Positions 58,098 to 64,000 of a stretch of DNA of 64,000 bases are shown here, piece after piece. Each line of letters opens with the position of its first letter. Position 1 is the stretch's first letter. Under the pieces are notes generated by a model, which did not search any database, had not been told where the DNA came from, and saw nothing but the letters and a program-made list of their open reading frames with translations. The DNA comes from Candidatus Heimdallarchaeum aukensis (GTDB lineage: Archaea; Asgardarchaeota; Heimdallarchaeia; Heimdallarchaeales; Heimdallarchaeaceae), in the NCBI GenBank assembly GCA_021513695.1, contig CP084166.1, forward strand, positions 2,752,001 to 2,816,000, given 5' to 3'. A program made the position numbers and the translations under genes.

Positions 58098-61000
58098 TTG
58101 GCAGATCTAAAACTATCAGAAAATGCATTAACAGTACTACAAAAAAGGTACTTACTAAAAAATGAGAAAAACGAAGCAATTGAAACTCCAGAACAGATGT
58201 TTGAAAGAGTGGCAAAAAGTATAGCTTCAAGTGAAGAAGAAAAAAAAGAATTTTATGAATTGATGACTTCTTTAAGATTTCTACCTAACAGCCCTACTCT
58301 TATGAACGCAGGAACGAAGCTAGGTCAACTATCAGCTTGTTTCACTGGAGAGCAAGTAATAATCACAGCTGAAGGAAATAAGCAAATAAAAGATATTCAA
58401 ATTGGAGATTTAGTCCTGACAGCTTCAGGTAATTTTAGAAAGGTTACCCAAACTATGCAAAGAAAAGTTGACAAAAGATACATTATTGATGTTTTGAAAC
58501 TACCTAACTCTACTCTTTCTGTAACAGAAGATCACCCTATTCTTACCTACAAAAATGGAAAAATTAAATGGAGTTTAGTAAAAGAATTAAGTAAAAACGA
58601 TTTTGTAGCTTTATCATACCCAAAGGAAATTGAAGATATTTCTTCAATTAATGTTATAGATTACTTATCTGATAGAGATTATAAAGTAAAGGATGGTATG
58701 ATATTAAATAAAAATACAAAAGTTGGAATAGAATCAGATGAAATAAGTGATCAAGAAATTCCAATAAGAAATAAAATAGAAGTAGATGGAGAGTTTCTTA
58801 GATTTTTAGGTTATTATGCTAGTGTGGGAGAACTAGATAAAAAAATAGTAAGATTTGCTTTTTCAGATAAAGAGATGGATTATGTTGAAGAAGTAATATC
58901 AATTGCAAAAAGTAAATTTGAATTAGATGCAAGAATAGAAAACTCTGATGGAAATATAGTGATTGTGCAATTTTATTCATCCATACTATCTGAATTCGTT
59001 AAGAAAGTCATAGGAGAAGGAAACAACAAAAGAGTTCCCATATGGATATTGAAATTACCTCCAGAAAAACAAGAAAACTTTGTTTTAGGGTGTTTTAGAG
59101 GAGATAACTCTTTATTTTCTAGTAGTTATATGCTTGATGCTCGTTTATCTGCGTGTAATGATAATTTAGTATATTCAATATGGATCATGTTAATGAGAAT
59201 GGGGATAGTTCCCAATCTTGATAAATCCCCTATTCCAAAAGGTGAAACCACCTATTCTTATTCTTGTTATATTGGAGAAACAGAAAAGAGCGATTCCTTT
59301 GTAGAGATTCATGGAAAAGACGGTAAAGGAATTTCTCAATTATCTTTACAAAAATTAAATCATATAATTGTCAATGATACTGTTTTTCTCCCTATACGAA
59401 GTATCGAATGTATCGAAGAACCTGTGACTGTTTATAATCTAGAAGTAGAGGAGGAACATACATATGTTGCAAATTTTGTTTCAGTTCACAATTGTTTTGT
59501 ACTTCCAATAGATGATTCTCTTCCCTCCATTTTTGATGCAGTGAAAAAAGCGGCATTAATACACCAAAGTGGAGGAGGATGCGTTGCTGAAGGAACAGTA
59601 ATACCTACAGAAGAATTCGGTTTTATACCCATTGAAAAGATACCTGGATTTGAAAACATTCCTTCTGACGAACAAGGACATGATTGTGAACCTTTCACTG
59701 TTTATTCATTTGATGAGGACAAAGAATCTTTCACAAAAGGAACAGTAACAAAACTTTGGAAATTCAAGAAAAATAAATATTTGAGCATTAAATTCGGAAC
59801 AGAAGGAGTAATAGAAGTCACACACTGGCATCCTTTCATAGTTTATGTCCCTTCTGAAGAGAAAAAGAAAGGAGGATATTATACAGAAAAAAGAGCAGAT
59901 GAATTGAAAGTTGGAGATCTGTTGGTTAGTCCCTCTACCCATAAGATAACTGAAACTTCTAGTATTTCCGATGTACACAAGGTTAAAGTAGAAGAAATAA
60001 AAGAAATAGAAGAAGAAAAAGTATTTTATGACTTTACAGTACTTAAATATAATAACTATCTAGCAGGTTCTAAACAATTTACAGTTATCCATAATACAGG
60101 TTTTAGCTTTAGTAATATTAGACCAAAAAATGATGTAGTCAAAACTACTGGGGGGGTAGCTTGTTTTCCTGAAGATGTAAGGATTTATACTAACAAGGGA
60201 TTATTAACAATCAAAGATATAATCCAATCTGATCAACCAATTAAAGCTTTGACTCATGATGGATTCCACGAAATAATAAATAAATACGATAACGGAGATG
60301 CTGAAGTTTACAGACTTATTACATCTAATGGATATTCAGTTAAGGCAACCTCTACTCATAAATTTTTAACAATAGAAAATAATGAGTTGGTACTAAAGCC
60401 TCTTAATAAACTTCAAGAAGGAGATTATGTTCTTCTTTTTTCTACTTTTGAATCTGTTGATGAAAAAGAACCATTTAAGCTATCTCCTATTACTGACGAT
60501 GGTCAAACTTTTGATGAAATTTATCTTGATGAAGATCTTGCCTATTTCATAGGATTAACTTATGCAGATGGACATATTATTGATGATGGAAGACATTATA
60601 GCGTAAGAATCACTTTAAACAAGAACCAAATACGTATAATCGAAAAAATAAAGAAAATAGTTCAAACTAAGTTTGACTATGATTTGAAAGTCTATGAGCG
60701 TAAAAATGTAAATAAAGTTGAACTTGTTCTACACGGAAAAAGATTTGTAAAATTGTTAAAAGAAAATAATTTACTTAAAGAAAAATGTGAAAATATTCGT
60801 ATTCCAGAATTATTATTTCAAAGCCCAAGAAATGTCCTAAGCTCATTTATTGCAGGATACTTCGATGGTGATGGTCATGTAAGTAAAAGCGGGCGAATTA
60901 GCATTAAAACAATATCCAAACAAATGAGTGAAGATTTTTCATTATTGATAACGCGGTTAGGTGTACTATCTACAACTCATATTAGTCCCCCTATTTATGG

Positions 61001-64000
61001 AATAAGAAGAAATAAAAAAAGTTACAGAGTTTCAATCCCAACAGCTCTCTTCAAGAAAAGATTTGTAGAACAGCTTTCAAAATACTCAATAAAACTAGAA
61101 AATTATACATTGAAAGAAGGATCTACAAATAAACTTTTTTCTTATCCGTTTAACATCTTAACTCATGTTGGGAATCCTTCCAAGAGGGCAGATATTGCTA
61201 AAACAGTAATACCTTATAACAGAAAGAATACCTATCGTAAAGCTATTCTACGGATTCTTCAAAATTCTAATAAATATGGACTTACACCCGAAGAAATTGC
61301 TTTCTTAAAGAAACTAGAAAATCTTTACCCTGTAAAGATAAAGTCTATTAAAAAAGAAGGAATTGAACGTGTTTATAATCTCGAAGTTAAGAATATCCAT
61401 CGACTTGTGGCTAATGGTTTTTATGTTTCAAATTCAGGCCCCATAAGCTTTATGGAAGTCTTTAATGCTGCAACAAATACTATCAAACAAGGGGGATGTA
61501 TTGCTGCTGAGAGTTTAGTAAGAACTACAAATGGTGTTCTTCCTGCTGGTGATTTACTTAATTGTCCTCCTCTTGGCGAAAACAACACTCAAGAATTAAT
61601 CTATGATGGAGAGTCGTATAACAATGCTTTTCTGTCTCTGGATAACGGTTTTGCGGATGTATTAATTCTTGAAACTGAGCTGGGTTTGACTTTAAAAGCT
61701 ACATATAATCATTTAATTGCTACAGTAGATGAAGACGGGAATATAGTATGGACTGAGGTTGAGAAGATTAAGAAGGGCGATTGGGTTGTAATTGTATTAG
61801 GGGGTCACGTTGGACAAAAAATCTTCCTCCCAAAAATAGAAAATCAACATCATAATGCTAATCCCATTAAAATCCCTGAACAATTTAATGCTGAGCTTGC
61901 CGAAATCTTAGGTTTGTATATGGCTGATGGATGTATTAGTACTGGTGGTCGAATCATCTTTAGTGTCGATAATAAGGATTTAGATCTCATTAAAAGAATC
62001 GAATCTTTAATGAAAAAAGTATTTAATTTAAAACTTGGAAGAATAGAGGATAAACAAACTTACTCGGATGTTATTTTCTATTCTCGTGATCTATGCGACT
62101 ATTTCAGTAAAATGAATTGGAAAAAAGAGTCATCATCAGAAGCTTTTATCCCTCAAGAGATTTTTATTTCTGAACCAGAAATAGCAAAAGCATTCGTCCG
62201 AGGGTTGTTTGAAGGTGATGGTAATGTTCGTTCTGAAGGATATCCAAGGCTTTATTCAACATCTAAAACATTAATTGAACAGACACAACAACTTCTTTTA
62301 GGCCTTAACATTGTTTCTTCTGTAATAAAGGAAGAAGATAGAAGTAATAGTTTAGGTGATTTACCTCTATATGAATTATCAATAATTCCAGAAAGAAGTA
62401 TTATAAAATTCAAAGAAGAAATTGGTTTTATATCAAACAGAAAAAAACAGTTGCTGGAATCTAGGTTTACGGGCAAAAAGTTCGAACAATCAGATATTAT
62501 TCCTAATCAAGGCAAAAAACTGAAAGAGCTATATAGTTATGTTGGTGCAGGGACCAGTAAAGGGAGAAATAAAAAAGGAGCAAACAGAGAATTTTATAGA
62601 GCAATATACCATTATATAAGCGAGAATCCATCTTCTAAAAGAAATTTGACAAGAAAAAGGTTAAATTATTTGATGAAAAATTTCGAACAAGTTAAGAATT
62701 CCAAGCATTTCCAACAGATGTCTGATCCAAAATACTATTTTACAAAGGTTATAGATGTTAAAGAAAATCGAACTTATACAATGGACTTCGAGGTGCCAGA
62801 ATCAAGCAAATTCGTAGCAAATGGTTTCTTAGTACATAATCGTCGTCGTGGGGCTAACATGGGTATCCTTCGTGTTGACCATCCTGATATCATGTCTTGG
62901 ATTACTTGTAAAGAAGACCAGACCAAATTTACTAATTTTAACATTTCTGTTGCAGTTACCTCTGAGTTTATGCAAGCAGTGGAAGAAAACAGAGACTATG
63001 ATCTTATCAATCCTCGCACAAAGAAAGTTGTAGGTAAACTCAATGCTGCTGAAGTTTTTAACAAAATTGTTGAGATGGCTTGGAAAAATGGCGAGCCGGG
63101 TATAGTTTTTATTGACCGTATGAACGAATTCAATCCTACCCCTGAAGTAGGAGATATTGAAAGCACTAATCCTTGTGTAGTGGGTGATTCATTAATATCT
63201 ACAGAATTTGGATTAATGAAAATGCGTGATTTAGTCTCCAAGTTTCCTGAAGGCTCAGTAAAAATAACTACTGATAACCGTGTTCCTCAACAAATATTAA
63301 CATCTGGAAACCAAGTGCAGTTGTTGGATACAAAAACTCAAGGGGTATCATTGAATACTATTACACGTGCTTTCTCTACTGGAATAAAAGATGTATACAA
63401 ACTAACTACAGTGTCAGGTTACGAGTTGAAAGCTACTGGAGACCATAAAGTACTAACCAATGAAGGCTGGGTACAAGTAAAAGACTTAGATGTTAAAAAA
63501 CATAGAGTAAAGATACAATCAGGAGAAGGAGTTTTTAACAGTGTAAAAGAGTTACCCATCAAAGTCGAAAATGAAATAACTGGTGAGAACGGAAGAAAAT
63601 ATAGTTTTAATTTACCAAAAACATGGTCGAAAGAGTTAGGTCATGTACTAGGTTGGCTAGTAGGAGATGGCTGGATAAGGACAGGAGATAAGAATAGAAG
63701 AGTAGGATTTACTTTTTCAAAGAAAGATGAAGAAGTGTTAAAGTATCTCAAGGATGTATTAAATAAATGGTACAACAAACAAATTAATGAAATAAAAAGA
63801 GAAACAAATGTTTATCATTTAAGTTACCATTCAAAATATTTTGTTGATTTCTTCATAAATTTGGGAGTTAAACCAGAAAAATCAGCAAAAAAGGTTGTAC
63901 CTGAGTCAATGTTTCTAGCTACTAAAGAAGCAGTAATTGCTTTCCTACAAGCACTTTTCTCTGCAGATGGAACAATACGTTACTCAAAGAAATCTTCAAG
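58098..64000 (+). CDS. nrdJ: Class II (B12-dependent) ribonucleotide reductase, interrupted by >=5 inteins; 3' end beyond window. Exteins in window: 58098-58338, 59493-59579, 60096-60161, 61434-61496, 62841-63173
   Basis: Spliced extein reads ...[20 protein letters not shown]|CFVLPIDDS...IHQSGGG|[22 protein letters not shown]|[21 protein letters not shown]|[17 protein letters not shown]...ESTNP|C, matching RNR motifs ([52 protein letters not shown]). TTG start at 58098. Confidence 0.85.
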   Translation, partial: MADLKLSENALTVLQKRYLLKNEKNEAIETPEQMFERVAKSIASSEEEKKEFYELMTSLRFLPNSPTLMNAGTKLGQLSACFTGEQVIITAEGNKQIKDIQIGDLVLTASGNFRKVTQTMQRKVDKRYIIDVLKLPNSTLSVTEDHPILTYKNGKIKWSLVKELSKNDFVALSYPKEIEDISSINVIDYLSDRDYKVKDGMILNKNTKVGIESDEISDQEIPIRNKIEVDGEFLRFLGYYASVGELDKKIVRFAFSDKEMDYVEEVISIAKSKFELDARIENSDGNIVIVQFYSSILSEFVKKVIGEGNNKRVPIWILKLPPEKQENFVLGCFRGDNSLFSSSYMLDARLSACNDNLVYSIWIMLMRMGIVPNLDKSPIPKGETTYSYSCYIGETEKSDSFVEIHGKDGKGISQLSLQKLNHIIVNDTVFLPIRSIECIEEPVTVYNLEVEEEHTYVANFVSVHNCFVLPIDDSLPSIFDAVKKAALIHQSGGGCVAEGTVIPTEEFGFIPIEKIPGFENIPSDEQGHDCEPFTVYSFDEDKESFTKGTVTKLWKFKKNKYLSIKFGTEGVIEVTHWHPFIVYVPSEEKKKGGYYTEKRADELKVGDLLVSPSTHKITETSSISDVHKVKVEEIKEIEEEKVFYDFTVLKYNNYLAGSKQFTVIHNTGFSFSNIRPKNDVVKTTGGVACFPEDVRIYTNKGLLTIKDIIQSDQPIKALTHDGFHEIINKYDNGDAEVYRLITSNGYSVKATSTHKFLTIENNELVLKPLNKLQEGDYVLLFSTFESVDEKEPFKLSPITDDGQTFDEIYLDEDLAYFIGLTYADGHIIDDGRHYSVRITLNKNQIRIIEKIKKIVQTKFDYDLKVYERKNVNKVELVLHGKRFVKLLKENNLLKEKCENIRIPELLFQSPRNVLSSFIAGYFDGDGHVSKSGRISIKTISKQMSEDFSLLITRLGVLSTTHISPPIYGIRRNKKSYRVSIPTALFKKRFVEQLSKYSIKLENYTLKEGSTNKLFSYPFNILTHVGNPSKRADIAKTVIPYNRKNTYRKAILRILQNSNKYGLTPEEIAFLKKLENLYPVKIKSIKKEGIERVYNLEVKNIHRLVANGFYVSNSGPISFMEVFNAATNTIKQGGCIAAESLVRTTNGVLPAGDLLNCPPLGENNTQELIYDGESYNNAFLSLDNGFADVLILETELGLTLKATYNHLIATVDEDGNIVWTEVEKIKKGDWVVIVLGGHVGQKIFLPKIENQHHNANPIKIPEQFNAELAEILGLYMADGCISTGGRIIFSVDNKDLDLIKRIESLMKKVFNLKLGRIEDKQTYSDVIFYSRDLCDYFSKMNWKKESSSEAFIPQEIFISEPEIAKAFVRGLFEGDGNVRSEGYPRLYSTSKTLIEQTQQLLLGLNIVSSVIKEEDRSNSLGDLPLYELSIIPERSIIKFKEEIGFISNRKKQLLESRFTGKKFEQSDIIPNQGKKLKELYSYVGAGTSKGRNKKGANREFYRAIYHYISENPSSKRNLTRKRLNYLMKNFEQVKNSKHFQQMSDPKYYFTKVIDVKENRTYTMDFEVPESSKFVANGFLVHNRRRGANMGILRVDHPDIMSWITCKEDQTKFTNFNISVAVTSEFMQAVEENRDYDLINPRTKKVVGKLNAAEVFNKIVEMAWKNGEPGIVFIDRMNEFNPTPEVGDIESTNPCVVGDSLISTEFGLMKMRDLVSKFPEGSVKITTDNRVPQQILTSGNQVQLLDTKTQGVSLNTITRAFSTGIKDVYKLTTVSGYELKATGDHKVLTNEGWVQVKDLDVKKHRVKIQSGEGVFNSVKELPIKVENEITGENGRKYSFNLPKTWSKELGHVLGWLVGDGWIRTGDKNRRVGFTFSKKDEEVLKYLKDVLNKWYNKQINEIKRETNVYHLSYHSKYFVDFFINLGVKPEKSAKKVVPESMFLATKEAVIAFLQALFSADGTIRYSKKSS
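58339..59492 (+). mobile_element. Intein 1 (with LAGLIDADG homing endonuclease), inserted at [11 protein letters not shown]
   Basis: Block [15 protein letters not shown]..., LAGLIDADG-like [12 protein letters not shown] and [11 protein letters not shown], block G ...[10 protein letters not shown] followed by +1 Cys. Confidence 0.8.
59580..60095 (+). mobile_element. Intein 2 (172-aa mini-intein, no endonuclease), inserted at SGGG/TGFSFS
   Basis: Starts [10 protein letters not shown]..., ends ...KQFTVIHN followed by +1 Thr. Confidence 0.75.
60162..61433 (+). mobile_element. Intein 3 (with LAGLIDADG endonuclease), inserted at TTGGVA/SGPISF
   Basis: Starts [29 protein letters not shown]-like [14 protein letters not shown] and [13 protein letters not shown], ends ...VANGFYVSN followed by +1 Ser. 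Confidence 0.8.
61497..62840 (+). mobile_element. Intein 4 (with LAGLIDADG endonuclease), inserted at IKQGG/RRRGA
   Basis: Starts [30 protein letters not shown]-like [14 protein letters not shown] and [12 protein letters not shown], canonical block G ...[10 protein letters not shown]; the following residue reads Arg. Confidence 0.75.
63174..64000 (+). mobile_element. Intein 5 (partial, with LAGLIDADG endonuclease), inserted at ESTNP/C(GEQ)
   Basis: Starts [20 protein letters not shown] after TNP; LAGLIDADG-like [14 protein letters not shown] and [13 protein letters not shown]; continues past window end. Confidence 0.75.

Noticed and set aside
59486-59978. Minus-strand ORFs inside the nrdJ/intein region (59486..59698, 59706..59978, 62252..62476, 62996..63241) and plus-strand 62848..63033 in another frame
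   Set aside because: Overlap the continuous intein/extein reading frame, which has unambiguous motif support

Overview
AT-rich archaeal chromosomal fragment, very likely from an Asgard (Lokiarchaeia-like) archaeon. The call rests on the mix of archaeal markers and eukaryote-type signature proteins, all read directly from the ORF translations. Archaeal markers: RadA, Alba, a complex I operon without NADH-module genes, type IV pilus-like genes with class III signal peptides, and intein-laden genes. Eukaryote-type signature proteins: two Rab/Ras-like small GTPases, a gelsolin-like protein, a GPP34/GOLPH3-like protein, roadblock/longin/V4R-type proteins, and a membrane-anchored RING/PHD-like zinc-finger protein.

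Main blocks:
- 1-7.8 kb: GOLPH3-like protein, esterase-like protein, TSUP exporter, membrane-anchored sulfotransferase, V4R protein.
- 8.2-19.4 kb: 12-gene complex I operon in the order nuoJ-K-B-C-D-H-I-M'-L-M-N-A.
- 19.5-30 kb: isochorismatase / FAD-oxidoreductase / radical-SAM trio, a second sulfotransferase, two MFS transporters, and a receiver-like + PPDK_N protein.
- 30.3-35.5 kb: Alba, then a translationally coupled CPBP protease - Rab-like GTPase - HEAT-repeat operon.
- 37.1-41.4 kb: perfect tandem duplication of 2143 bp carrying part of a UbiA prenyltransferase gene and the RING-like gene. Copy 2 has two single-base deletions.
- 41.4-47.6 kb: dUTPase-family gene, a tnpB (IS200/605 OrfB) with an in-frame amber stop, radA, a coiled-coil protein, a Dpm1-like GT2, and the gelsolin-like gene.
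- 47.7-57.6 kb: type IV pilus-like locus with a Ras-like GTPase, two TadB/C-like genes, pilin-like genes, an ATPase and a roadblock gene.
- 58.1 kb to window end: class II ribonucleotide reductase (nrdJ) interrupted by at least five inteins.

No rRNA, tRNA or CRISPR array was found. The ORF track picks the first ATG/GTG/TTG, so several starts were moved to a downstream ATG preceded by a conserved GGTGA/GGAGG ribosome-binding site.
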